Part shown: positions 31,940 through 42,029 of the stretch, piece by piece
Layout of the letters: every line of letters starts with the position of its first letter
Numbering within the stretch: position 1 is the stretch's first letter
Virus record (IMG/VR): IMGVR_UViG_3300022561_000002
From: a virus
Taxonomy: Duplodnaviria; Heunggongvirae; Uroviricota; Caudoviricetes
Length of the DNA: 61,570 bases
Reading direction: 5' to 3' (one strand)
Notes under the pieces: generated by a model
Seen by the model: the letters and a program-made list of their open reading frames with translations, nothing else
Told to the model about the DNA's origin: nothing
Database searches by the model: none
Position numbers and translations under genes: made by a program

Positions 31940-33127
31940 ATGGACAACATTATTACAACAGCTCTATATATAGATGCCGTAAAAGATAAGATTATTAAAC
32001 CTAGATTTAAGATATCTTTATTAAGACAAAATGAATCAGTTCAAGAAGAAATTATAGAAGATATAATAGAAGATAGCGGCGCTTTATCCATAAATTATCA
32101 ACAAGGTCAAAGAAGAAGCTTAAATTTTGCTTTAAACAATATAAATGGAAAATGGAATCCTGATCCAAATAATAATTATCTTTGGATTGGCTCTAAATTT
32201 AAATTAGAATTAGGTATGGAAATTAATAATGAATTTTATTGGTGGAAAAATGGAGTATTTGTAATTGCGGATCCAGTTGTTGTAAGAACTGGCGCAGATA
32301 AACAAACTACTTTACAATGCTATGATAAATTTGCTTTATTAGATGGTACTCTTGGTGGTAATATAGATGGAACTTATGTTATTGAAGTGGGAACTAATAT
32401 CAAACAAGCAATAAAAGATATTTTAATGTTAGATAATGGGAATGGATATCCAATTGATATTATGCCTGTTTTATTTGATAGTAGATATAAAGATGAAGTT
32501 ACTGCTTATACGATTACTAAAAGTCCTAATAGTACATTGGGAGAAATGATTATTGAATTAGCAAATATGATTGCTTGCGATGTTTATTATAATGAGAATG
32601 GAAATTTAGTTTTTCAGTCGGGTATTACTGATATATCGAGTATTAATAAACCTAATTTATGGAGTTTTAATCAAAATGAATTAGAATATTTAAATAGTAA
32701 TTTAACTTATAATTTTGCTAAAGTAAAAAATAGAGTTATAGTAGTTGGTGGTAATGTTAATTCTACTGAAATATTCTCCGCAATCTCGGAAAATAAAAAC
32801 GCAAAATCTCCAACAAAAATTCAAAAAGTTGGTATAAAAAATTTATATATAGAAGATAGTAATATATATAGTAATGAGCTCGCGCAAGATAGAGCTGATT
32901 ATGAATTAAATAAAATATCTATTATGCAACTCACCAATGCAGTACAATCAACATATATGATACATTTAGATGTTAATAATTGTATTGAAATAAGCGATAG
33001 CTTTTTAAATTTTAAAAATACAAAATTTATTATTCAATCATTAAATATACCTATTTCAAATAATAGTGTCATTGGTATACAATGTTCAAATATAACGGAG
33101 TTACCGTTTTATCCTAGTAGTTCATAG
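31940..33127 (+). CDS. Baseplate hub protein
   Basis: QRRSLNF, CYDKFALLDG, YYNENGNL; upstream of the OB-fold spike. Confidence 0.6.
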   Translation: MDNIITTALYIDAVKDKIIKPRFKISLLRQNESVQEEIIEDIIEDSGALSINYQQGQRRSLNFALNNINGKWNPDPNNNYLWIGSKFKLELGMEINNEFYWWKNGVFVIADPVVVRTGADKQTTLQCYDKFALLDGTLGGNIDGTYVIEVGTNIKQAIKDILMLDNGNGYPIDIMPVLFDSRYKDEVTAYTITKSPNSTLGEMIIELANMIACDVYYNENGNLVFQSGITDISSINKPNLWSFNQNELEYLNSNLTYNFAKVKNRVIVVGGNVNSTEIFSAISENKNAKSPTKIQKVGIKNLYIEDSNIYSNELAQDRADYELNKISIMQLTNAVQSTYMIHLDVNNCIEISDSFLNFKNTKFIIQSLNIPISNNSVIGIQCSNITELPFYPSSS

Positions 33128-33144
33128 AAAGGAGTAATTTAGAT

Positions 33145-36036
33145 ATGGGTTTAGAAACTAAAGACGCAAAAGTTTTAATTGATGTCATCAAAGACATTAT
33201 TAAACAAGAAAAGAAAAACGATTCAAAGAATTTAGAATATTCATATTTTGGAATTATTGAATCTATGAACCCAGATGGGACTTTTAATGTTAAAATACCT
33301 ACGGATGATAGTATTTATCCAAATTTATTAAACCAGACAGGTACTGCATTATTAATTGGTGATAGTGTAATCGTACAAGCAAGAAATAATAATATGGGTA
33401 ATGCATATATTTCGTCTAAAAGTGGGGCAACTATAGATGGAGTTGATTCATCGGGATATACAGGTTCTCAAGGTACAATTGGTTATACAGGTTCTATAGG
33501 TTATACAGGTTCTGTTGGTTATGTAGGCTCAAGAGGTTATACCGGTAGCCAAGGAGTTGGATATACAGGTTCAGCTTCTACTGTTATTGGATTTACGGGT
33601 TCGGTTGGATATGTTGGTTCTAGAGGCTACGATGGTAGTCAGGGATATACAGGTTCCGTTGGATATGTGGGTTCTGCATCGACTGTCGTTGGATATACAG
33701 GATCTAAAGGTGACATTGGTTATGTAGGTTCAGCAAGTACGATTATAGGATACACTGGAAGTCAAGGTGGACAAGGAAATATAGGCTATAGTGGTTCTAA
33801 GGGAGATATAGGTTATAGTGGCTCTCAAGGAATAATAGGCTTTACGGGATCTCAAGGGATTATAGGACTTACGGGATCTCAAGGAATTATAGGACTTACG
33901 GGTTTTACGGGTTCAAGAGGATATAGTGGTTCTGTAGGTTTTACGGGCTCTTTTGGTTTTACAGGTTCTATTGGCTACGTTGGTAGTCAAGGAATTATAG
34001 GATATACAGGTAGCCAGGGCATTATAGGTTATACAGGTTCTTTTGGGTACACAGGTTCTTTCGGATATACAGGCTCATTTGGTTTTACGGGATCTTTCGG
34101 TCTAACTGGTTCAAGAGGATACACTGGTTCATTCGGGTTTACAGGTTCTGTTGGATTTGTTGGCTCTCAAGGTATAATTGGTTTAACAGGCTCTCAGGGC
34201 GGACAAGGAATAATTGGTTTTACGGGCTCTAAAGGAGATATAGGTTATGTAGGAAGTGCTTCTACAATAATTGGCTTTACGGGTTCTCAAGGAATCATAG
34301 GATTAACTGGAAGTAGGGGTTACACTGGCTCTTTTGGTTACACTGGCTCTAAAGGGGATATAGGATACGTTGGATCTGCAAGTACAATAATTGGATATAC
34401 AGGTTCTTTTGGATATACAGGTTCTTTTGGATATACAGGTTCTTTTGGATATACAGGTAGTGCCTCAACAATAATTGGATATACTGGTTCAAAAGGTGAC
34501 ATAGGATTTACAGGTTCTAAAGGCGATATCGGACTTACAGGTAGTCAAGGCTATACAGGAAGTACTGGACCAATCGGATACGTAGGCTCAGCTTCAACCG
34601 TTATAGGTTATAGCGGTTCCAAAGGAGATATAGGTTTCACAGGTTCAGCATCAACTATTGTCGGTTATACGGGTTCAGTAGGATTTATAGGCTCAAGAGG
34701 GTATACGGGTTCTGCAAGTACTGTTGTTGGATATACAGGAAGTCAAGGTGTTGGTTACACAGGTTCCGCTTCAACTATAATCGGGTATACTGGTAGCAAA
34801 GGAACTGATGGAGTTATTGGTTACAATGGAAGTGTCGGTTATACGGGTTCTGCTTCAATTGTAATTGGCTACACAGGTAGTCAAGGCATTCAAGGCGTTG
34901 GATATACTGGAAGTGCCTCTACAGTGATAGGATATACAGGCTCTAGAGGAGCGACTGGCTATACTGGCTCTGCTTCAACTGTTATAGGATATACTGGAAG
35001 TCAAGGGGTCGGGTATACAGGAAGTGCATCTACAATCATTGGATATACAGGATCAAGAGGATACAATGGATCTATGGGATACAATGGATCCAATGGTTAT
35101 ACAGGTTCAGCATCTACAATTCCAGGTTTTACAGGTTCACGAGGTATAATAGGATACACAGGGTCTTCCGCAGGTGGAGATTTTACTGATGTTGCATTCC
35201 TACAAAGAACAAATACTGAGATAGTCGCCGCACTGCCAAATATTGATGCGGACTTATTTTTAGGTCATGGATTAGATTACTTTGGAACGGCGCAGAATAT
35301 AATAGACATTAATGCTAAATTTGTTATTAATGATTTTACTTTTGCTGACTTTAAAGACTTTTCAATACCAGCAGGTGAATATACTGTAAACTCTAGTACA
35401 AAATTAAATCCTCCATATGCGGGAGTGGTGACTGGTAGGATTTCGGTTAAGAGATACGCTGATTTAATGTGGTTAGAATTAAGACCAAAAGATAGTACAT
35501 ATTCATATTCATTAAGTTATTCTACTGCAACGGGTTGGATTGGATGGTTTAATTCAAGTCATTCTTTAACTTCTAATAACGCTGATTTAATTGATAATAT
35601 CGACTCTGCTAGACTTGTTTATGGGACAAATGGAACTGGTAGCAACACAATGTCAGTTATTCAAAATGTTTATGAAGAGCCACAACGTAAGTCTGGTTTT
35701 TGGGAGTGTACTGGAGCTTCGTGGACACCAGATACAGGATGGTGGTGGGGCATAACAATAGCACATACCAGTAACTCATCTATTTATAATTACTCAGGAC
35801 AATTTGCTTTTAAAAATGGTGGTGGAGGAACAGAAGTTTATGCAAGAACAATAGGGGGAGGTACTCCGACTGAGTGGTCGAAATTATTAACTACTTCTGG
35901 TGGTACTATGACGGGTATTTTAACCGCACAAAATAATACTTCATATACAACAAAACAAGTTAGAAATATAATTATTTCAACAACAGATGCGGTACTCGCT
36001 AGTATGGCTAATGGAGATATTTGGATAAAAGTTTAA
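33145..36036 (+). CDS. Tail spike/fibre: OB-fold-like N-terminus, GYTGS collagen-like repeats, C-terminal fibre domain
   Basis: GIIESMNPDGTFNV...GDSVIV; Gly-X-Y run aa 104-674; NADLID, GGTMTG, GDIWIKV. Confidence 0.8.
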   Translation: MGLETKDAKVLIDVIKDIIKQEKKNDSKNLEYSYFGIIESMNPDGTFNVKIPTDDSIYPNLLNQTGTALLIGDSVIVQARNNNMGNAYISSKSGATIDGVDSSGYTGSQGTIGYTGSIGYTGSVGYVGSRGYTGSQGVGYTGSASTVIGFTGSVGYVGSRGYDGSQGYTGSVGYVGSASTVVGYTGSKGDIGYVGSASTIIGYTGSQGGQGNIGYSGSKGDIGYSGSQGIIGFTGSQGIIGLTGSQGIIGLTGFTGSRGYSGSVGFTGSFGFTGSIGYVGSQGIIGYTGSQGIIGYTGSFGYTGSFGYTGSFGFTGSFGLTGSRGYTGSFGFTGSVGFVGSQGIIGLTGSQGGQGIIGFTGSKGDIGYVGSASTIIGFTGSQGIIGLTGSRGYTGSFGYTGSKGDIGYVGSASTIIGYTGSFGYTGSFGYTGSFGYTGSASTIIGYTGSKGDIGFTGSKGDIGLTGSQGYTGSTGPIGYVGSASTVIGYSGSKGDIGFTGSASTIVGYTGSVGFIGSRGYTGSASTVVGYTGSQGVGYTGSASTIIGYTGSKGTDGVIGYNGSVGYTGSASIVIGYTGSQGIQGVGYTGSASTVIGYTGSRGATGYTGSASTVIGYTGSQGVGYTGSASTIIGYTGSRGYNGSMGYNGSNGYTGSASTIPGFTGSRGIIGYTGSSAGGDFTDVAFLQRTNTEIVAALPNIDADLFLGHGLDYFGTAQNIIDINAKFVINDFTFADFKDFSIPAGEYTVNSSTKLNPPYAGVVTGRISVKRYADLMWLELRPKDSTYSYSLSYSTATGWIGWFNSSHSLTSNNADLIDNIDSARLVYGTNGTGSNTMSVIQNVYEEPQRKSGFWECTGASWTPDTGWWWGITIAHTSNSSIYNYSGQFAFKNGGGGTEVYARTIGGGTPTEWSKLLTTSGGTMTGILTAQNNTSYTTKQVRNIIISTTDAVLASMANGDIWIKV
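33454..35166 (+). repeat. Collagen-like G-(Y/F)-T-G-S repeat array (about 570 aa)
   Basis: Gly every third residue with GSASTxxG interruptions. Confidence 0.9.
34393..34458 (+). repeat. Perfect 18-nt tandem repeat
   Basis: GGATATACAGGTTCTTTT x3 plus a 12-nt partial copy. Confidence 0.9.
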
Positions 36037-36040
36037 AATT

Positions 36041-36074
36041 TAAAAGGCATAATATGAAAATATTATGCCTTTTA
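36041..36074 (+). terminator. Terminator-like hairpin after the fibre gene
   Basis: TAAAAGGCATAATA-TGAAAA-TATTATGCCTTTTA, 14-bp perfect stem. Confidence 0.8.
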
Positions 36075-36077
36075 TTA

Positions 36078-36106
36078 TTGACAAATCATTTTTTATATGA
36101 TATAAT
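36078..36106 (+). promoter_or_regulatory. Consensus sigmaA promoter of the enzyme cassette
   Basis: TTGACA-17 nt-TATAAT with TG extension. Confidence 0.9.
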
Positions 36107-36154
36107 ATTAAAAGATAGAGAACAAACAAATTGCACAGATTAAAAGGAGGTTTT

Positions 36155-38830
36155 ATGAAAAAGATAAAAATAGCTTTTCTTGATATTGTTGGTTTAAGAT
36201 ACAATGGGCACACCCTTAATAAAAGAGGATTAGGTGGCTCTGAATCTTCAACTATATATATGGCAAAAGAATTAAATGACTTAGGTTTTGATGTTACTGT
36301 TTTTTGCAAAATAGAAGGAGATGAACAAAGTTATGATGGTGTAAATTATATTTCAAATGAAAAGTGTAAAGATAATACTGAAAAATTTGATATATTAGTT
36401 ACATTGCGTTCTTGCGTTCCGTATATACCAATACAATATAGAGAAGATGTATATAGAGAAACTGGATATGATATTGAAAATACTATTGGATTAGTTAAAA
36501 ATAGTGGCTATAAAGTTTTATGGTTACATGATACATTTTGCTCAGGAGATAATTGGCTTGAGCACATATGCATAGACGGATATTTTGATGAAATCTTTAC
36601 ATTATCAGATTGGCACAGTAATTATATTATGAATGGTCATACTTGGAGAGGTAGAATCTTCGAAGTATTAAAAAATAAAATTTGGCAAACAAGAGATGGA
36701 ATAAGAAGCTACATAGATGAAGTTGATATATCTAAAAAAGACAAAGATTTATTTGTATACAATGCGTCAGTATCAAAAGGCATGACACCACTATTAGAGC
36801 AGTGTTGGGGTAAAATAAGAGAACAAATACCAACAGCAAAATTAATGGTTATAGGTGGTTATTATAGAGGTGCAAATCATGATAATCCTGATGAACAAGA
36901 GTTACAGTGGATGAAATTAAAAGAAAATTATGATGGAAAAGATGGAGTTCATTTTACAGGTATAATTTCACAAAGAGAGATTGCTGAAATATTAAGTAAG
37001 GCTTCATTAATGGTTTATCCAGCTTTATTTCCCGAAACATTTGGGATTTCTACATTAGAGTCTTTAAATTATAATACACCATTGGTGACGTGTCGCTTTG
37101 GCGCATTGGAAGAAACAGCAATTGAAAAAGCTTGTTATTTAATTAATTATGATATTAACTATAATGAACAACAAATTGATAGATTTGTAGAAATGGTTTT
37201 AAAAGCATATAATGATGATTATTTAAGAAAGCAAAAAATGTATGCATGTAATGAAACAAAAGAAATAAATACATGGGATACGATTGCTTTACAGTGGAAG
37301 CAGCATTTTTATAATAAATTAGACTTATATATGCCATTTAATGAATTAACAAAAGTAAGAAGGGTTAATTCAGAAGCTCAAAGAATATTTAAAAGAAGAT
37401 TTTTAAACAAAGAGGATATAATTGAAAGTAGTACTGTAAACAATAAATTCATTATAATAACACCTGTATATAATGCAGAAAATTATATAAAAAAATGTAT
37501 TGACAGTGTGGCAAATCAGGTATATAATAAATATAAGATGATTATTATAGACGATATGTCTACTGATAATACAGTTAATATAATAAAAGAAACCATAGAA
37601 AATTATCCACCAAATATTAAAAATAAATTTCAGTTAGTAATTAATACTGAGAAAAAATATGCAGTTAGTAATCAAGTTGATGCAATTAACTTATATGAAA
37701 ATGATTCTAGTATTATAGTTCTATTAGATGGAGATGATTGGTTAGTAAATGATAATGGAGTATTTAATTACTTAGATAATCTTTATATTGATGGATGCGA
37801 TATGTCTTACGGTAGTTGTCATTCTTTAGTTGATAACATAGATTTAATATCAGAACCTTATCCTAAGAATGTAATTGAAGAAAAATCTTTTAGAACACAT
37901 TTATTTACTTGGGGTATGCCTTATACACATTTAAGAACTTTTAAAAAAGAATTATTTAATAAAATAGATAAGTCTTTATTTAGAGATGAAAATGGAGAGC
38001 ATTGGAAAGCTGGTGGAGATAATGCTTTATTTTATCCACTGTTAGAAAATGCAAACAATATAAAATGCATTCAAAGAGTTTTAATGATTTATAATGATAT
38101 TAATCCACTAAATGACTATAAAATTAATGGGGAAGAACAAACTAAAACTGCAAATAAAATAAGAGATAAAAAATATGATATTACAGATATGAATGAGTTA
38201 AAAGATATTTATAATGAAGTTTTAGATAGAAATGATAATGCTATAAAATTATTGAAAGATACTCTTGTTAATAGAAAAGATACTTGGATTGATAATACAG
38301 ATGCACCTAATATAATAGATAGAAAAAATTGGCTTAAAGATAAATTTGAGGAATTAAATATATCTAAAGAAAGTGTTATATTAGATATAGGTTCTTGGAC
38401 TGGTGGGTTTATTAATGAATTTTATAAAATGGGATATAAGGATATATCCTGTGTCGAAATTAGTAAAGAAGCATATAAATTAGGAAGTCAAACATATCCA
38501 AGTTGGCACTGGATGAACGGAGATATAGAAGATTTTGTTTTACCACCTATTAAATATGATGTAGTGGTAATGTTTGAAGTCATAGAACATTTAGTAAATC
38601 CAATAGAAGCTATAAATAAAATAAAATTATCTTTAAGTGATAATGGTAAAATATTTTTTAGTATTCCAAAAGAAGATTCTATGAACGCTGATGGTATGGC
38701 TTATGAACATATATCGTATATAACCAAAAAACAACTTGATGAATTAGATGCTAAGGTTGAAGATTTATCATCTAAAGCAACACATTTTAATTGGTATATG
38801 GGATATATAGAAAATAAAAAAAAAGGATAG
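36155..38830 (+). CDS. GT4 + GT2 glycosyltransferase + SAM methyltransferase fusion
   Basis: GLGGSE and PETFGISTLE (GT-B); ITPVYN...IIDDMSTD...DGDD (GT-A); ILDIGSWTG...FEVIEH (class I MTase). AAGGAGG before MKKIK. Confidence 0.9.
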   Translation: MKKIKIAFLDIVGLRYNGHTLNKRGLGGSESSTIYMAKELNDLGFDVTVFCKIEGDEQSYDGVNYISNEKCKDNTEKFDILVTLRSCVPYIPIQYREDVYRETGYDIENTIGLVKNSGYKVLWLHDTFCSGDNWLEHICIDGYFDEIFTLSDWHSNYIMNGHTWRGRIFEVLKNKIWQTRDGIRSYIDEVDISKKDKDLFVYNASVSKGMTPLLEQCWGKIREQIPTAKLMVIGGYYRGANHDNPDEQELQWMKLKENYDGKDGVHFTGIISQREIAEILSKASLMVYPALFPETFGISTLESLNYNTPLVTCRFGALEETAIEKACYLINYDINYNEQQIDRFVEMVLKAYNDDYLRKQKMYACNETKEINTWDTIALQWKQHFYNKLDLYMPFNELTKVRRVNSEAQRIFKRRFLNKEDIIESSTVNNKFIIITPVYNAENYIKKCIDSVANQVYNKYKMIIIDDMSTDNTVNIIKETIENYPPNIKNKFQLVINTEKKYAVSNQVDAINLYENDSSIIVLLDGDDWLVNDNGVFNYLDNLYIDGCDMSYGSCHSLVDNIDLISEPYPKNVIEEKSFRTHLFTWGMPYTHLRTFKKELFNKIDKSLFRDENGEHWKAGGDNALFYPLLENANNIKCIQRVLMIYNDINPLNDYKINGEEQTKTANKIRDKKYDITDMNELKDIYNEVLDRNDNAIKLLKDTLVNRKDTWIDNTDAPNIIDRKNWLKDKFEELNISKESVILDIGSWTGGFINEFYKMGYKDISCVEISKEAYKLGSQTYPSWHWMNGDIEDFVLPPIKYDVVVMFEVIEHLVNPIEAINKIKLSLSDNGKIFFSIPKEDSMNADGMAYEHISYITKKQLDELDAKVEDLSSKATHFNWYMGYIENKKKG

Positions 38831-38831
38831 T

Positions 38832-39446
38832 GTGGAAATGATGAATGATATAAAGAAGAAAATTTTAATTGCAATACCTACTGCTAAAAATATCGAAACG
38901 GATACCTTCAAATCAATTTATAATTTATATAAGCCTGAAAATACTGAATTGCATTTTGAATGTTTTTATGGTTATAATATAGATCAAGTAAGAAATTTAA
39001 TGGCAAGTTATACCATTAATAATAATTTTGATTACATTTTCTGTGTAGATTCGGATATAGTTTTACCTAAAGATTCTTTGATAAAATTATTATCACACAA
39101 TAAAGATATTATAAGTGGTGTATATAGACAAAGATTTTTAGAGGAAAATATGCCAGAGTTGTACTTAAATGAAAATGGTAGAATTTTTAGAGCTACAATT
39201 GAAGACATTAAAGAAGATAAAATCATGGAAGTGAGTAGTTGCGGCTTTGGATGTACATTAATATCTAAAAGTTTATTATATAGAATAGGATATCCACAAT
39301 TTGAATATCATTCTTCTATTGATTTTAATAAAACAATTTCAGAAGATACAGATTTCTGTATCAAAGCAAATAAATGTGGAACTAAAGTATATGTTGACAC
39401 AAGTATTAAATGTGGACATATAGGAAGTTTTGAATTAAAAATTTAA
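38832..39446 (+). CDS. GT-A (GT2-like) glycosyltransferase
   Basis: IAIPT, RN, VDSD, GFGCTLI, SEDTDFC, CGHIG. Confidence 0.85.
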   Translation: MEMMNDIKKKILIAIPTAKNIETDTFKSIYNLYKPENTELHFECFYGYNIDQVRNLMASYTINNNFDYIFCVDSDIVLPKDSLIKLLSHNKDIISGVYRQRFLEENMPELYLNENGRIFRATIEDIKEDKIMEVSSCGFGCTLISKSLLYRIGYPQFEYHSSIDFNKTISEDTDFCIKANKCGTKVYVDTSIKCGHIGSFELKI

Positions 39447-39463
39447 GAAAGGAGTTGAATTAA

Positions 39464-40090
39464 TTGGCTATAACACTTCCTTACTCGACGGCAAATGTGC
39501 AATTTGGTACTGACACATATGTTTATGGTTGGTCAACTTCTGTTGGTTCATATTCTAACTCAAGTGTTATGACATCTAGTGGATATACTCGTATAAATTC
39601 TATAACAAGAAATCCGGATGGCACAAGAACTGTTAATGTAACTGTTTATTATTTAATGGCGATATCAAGAAGTGGATCCGATTCTGGAGTTTATACTTTC
39701 CAATCAACTCCAAATGTAAGATTTTATAATTCTGTATTGGCATCGTATATAACTATATATAACGCGGCTTTAACAACTACATGTGCAACTGGTGCATCGG
39801 CAAGTATAACACATTCATCAACAGTGAATATTTCAGTTCCTGCAACATGGTTCGCAACATCAACAGCAACCTGGAATTTTAGTACCACGCAAGAATGTAA
39901 AGTTGTAACAAGCGGAGCAGTATATACTCATACCAAAATAGATGCGGCGTTTATTATTGAAACTTTAAGAAGTATAGTTGTTAATGTAGATGGCGTATTA
40001 AAAACTGCATCAGCAGTATGGGCTAGAACAAATGATACGTTAAATCCACTCATAGATATGAAGATAGATGTTGATGGGGTATTGAAATGA
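39464..40090 (+). CDS. Ser/Thr-rich virion-like protein
   Basis: TTG after AAGGAG; beta-rich; C-terminal VNVDGVLK...VW motif reminiscent of fibre tips. Confidence 0.55.
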   Translation: MAITLPYSTANVQFGTDTYVYGWSTSVGSYSNSSVMTSSGYTRINSITRNPDGTRTVNVTVYYLMAISRSGSDSGVYTFQSTPNVRFYNSVLASYITIYNAALTTTCATGASASITHSSTVNISVPATWFATSTATWNFSTTQECKVVTSGAVYTHTKIDAAFIIETLRSIVVNVDGVLKTASAVWARTNDTLNPLIDMKIDVDGVLK

Positions 40091-41124
40091 GTATGATATA
40101 TGTATTTTATAACAAATATACTTTGGAAATTCTTACGGTATTAAGACCATTTATAAATAATATTGACATAAATGAATTTATTGAAAGTAGACTTATATAT
40201 GATGATAAATTTAAAAATTTAACATATAGTGATATAGATTATATAATAGAGGATACAGAAGAGTATGATTTTTTTAATGATAATCCATCTATATATAAGT
40301 GTATGTATATTGATAATAAAAAACGCAAATTAAAATTTAAATTAACAAAAAATGAAAATGTATTTATTAATACAACATATAATATACAAAAATATAAAAG
40401 AGATTATACAAATGTAGAAATTAATGAAATGTATGAAGAAGATTATATAAATTTTAATCTTAAAAACATTATGATATCAGATAATGATATTGAATTTTCT
40501 TTTGAGTATTTAAAAGATTTAAATATTAGGACTAAGATGGTTAATAAAAGATGGAAAAGTTTTCATAATGATCCATATTTAACTGAATCTTCTCAAGATA
40601 AAACCATGCTAGGAAAATCTATAGCAAAAATAGGAACATATTATCCTATATTAGTTGAACCCCAAAAGTCTGAAAATGGATTATATGCTTTAGAGGGCTC
40701 TCATAGAATAACCTCTTTAAAGCTTCTTCAAATGGAAGGTGGCATTCCAGAAGATTTTAAAATATTTTGTATTCATATGCCATATTCTTATCAAGATATA
40801 GAAACACCGAAAATGTTTACTGTATTAAAAAATCCAATATTAATCAGAAGAATAATCGAAGTTTATTACGGATCTGAAATACTAAATGATTCTATTTTAT
40901 ATGAAAAGGCATTATCTTCAATCAAAGAAGACGGAGATAAAATCATTAATAAATATACTTATGAAACATACATATATACGTTAGAAGAGCTATTGTCTGC
41001 TGTTGACTCATATCCACATTGGTTGAGAGATTTAATCCATATAGATGGTAGTATATTTCCTAGTGAAATAATTAATAAAGAATTAAAATTTAAGGAGTGG
41101 GTAAACGAATGTTATCACATATAA
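40087..41124 (+). CDS. ParB/Srx-fold protein, paralogue 1
   Basis: SIAKIGTYYPILV...LEGSHRITSL. Confidence 0.7.
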   Translation: MSMIYVFYNKYTLEILTVLRPFINNIDINEFIESRLIYDDKFKNLTYSDIDYIIEDTEEYDFFNDNPSIYKCMYIDNKKRKLKFKLTKNENVFINTTYNIQKYKRDYTNVEINEMYEEDYINFNLKNIMISDNDIEFSFEYLKDLNIRTKMVNKRWKSFHNDPYLTESSQDKTMLGKSIAKIGTYYPILVEPQKSENGLYALEGSHRITSLKLLQMEGGIPEDFKIFCIHMPYSYQDIETPKMFTVLKNPILIRRIIEVYYGSEILNDSILYEKALSSIKEDGDKIINKYTYETYIYTLEELLSAVDSYPHWLRDLIHIDGSIFPSEIINKELKFKEWVNECYHI

Positions 41125-42029
41125 GAAGAGTAGACATAGAGTTTCATTCATTTTGTAATAGAAGATGTATATGGTGTCCTAATACAGACTTTATAAGAGA
41201 TGATGAAGATATTGAAATGAGTGATGAACTTTATTCAAAAATCATAAATGAATTAAAAGATAATAATTTTGGAAAGTATCCTAGATTTCCTTTATCAGAA
41301 AATCGATCTCCAAAAGATAGTCCTAATTATTCAAAATTTATTATCAATCAGCCAGTTTTATCCTTTCTTGGTTATCAAGAACCATTATCAAATATACCAT
41401 TATTAAAGAAAAGAGTGCAAGAGGCTTGGGAAAAATTACCGCCTCATATAGAACTTGTTTCTAATACAAATGGAGATTATCTTACAGAAAAATCATTAGA
41501 CGGTTTGTTACTTACTACTTTAAATATTAAAGATTACGATTCTAAAGGTATGGAGTATTGGAAAGAAAGATTAAAAAAACTTGGCGTATTAATAATAGAT
41601 ATAGATGAAAATATAGAGCAAATTATAGGTGTCCATAAAAATGTAGGAAATGTAACTTGTTATTGTAATTGGCCTAAGCATATTGACCTAGAAGATAGAG
41701 GTGGATTTTTGAAAAAAGAAGATATCCCTGATATAAAATGGCGAAATAATGCGAAAGAACGAACTGAAATTTGTTTAGAACCAAGCTATTATATCAACAT
41801 TCATTACAATGGAGATATTATGCCGTGTTGTCATTTAAGAATGGATAATCCTATGCATAAAGAATTCATTCTAGGTAATGTAAATAATAATACTTTAGTA
41901 GAAATACATAATAATGAAAAAGCTAATAATTTGAAAGAAATACTTTCGATAGAAGATGGTAATTTCCCTTCAACTTGTTTAAATTGTCAAAAAATTAGGC
42001 AAGAGGGGTTAAACAGGTTTCCCTCATGA
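41109..42029 (+). CDS. Radical SAM/SPASM(twitch) protein 1
   Basis: CNRRCIWC; NTNG; CLEP...GDIMPCC...GN...CLNC. Confidence 0.9.
   Translation: MLSHIRRVDIEFHSFCNRRCIWCPNTDFIRDDEDIEMSDELYSKIINELKDNNFGKYPRFPLSENRSPKDSPNYSKFIINQPVLSFLGYQEPLSNIPLLKKRVQEAWEKLPPHIELVSNTNGDYLTEKSLDGLLLTTLNIKDYDSKGMEYWKERLKKLGVLIIDIDENIEQIIGVHKNVGNVTCYCNWPKHIDLEDRGGFLKKEDIPDIKWRNNAKERTEICLEPSYYINIHYNGDIMPCCHLRMDNPMHKEFILGNVNNNTLVEIHNNEKANNLKEILSIEDGNFPSTCLNCQKIRQEGLNRFPS

Noticed and set aside
33454-35166. CRISPR array or DGR template
   Set aside because: In-frame coding repeats with no spacers; no cas or reverse transcriptase in the window.
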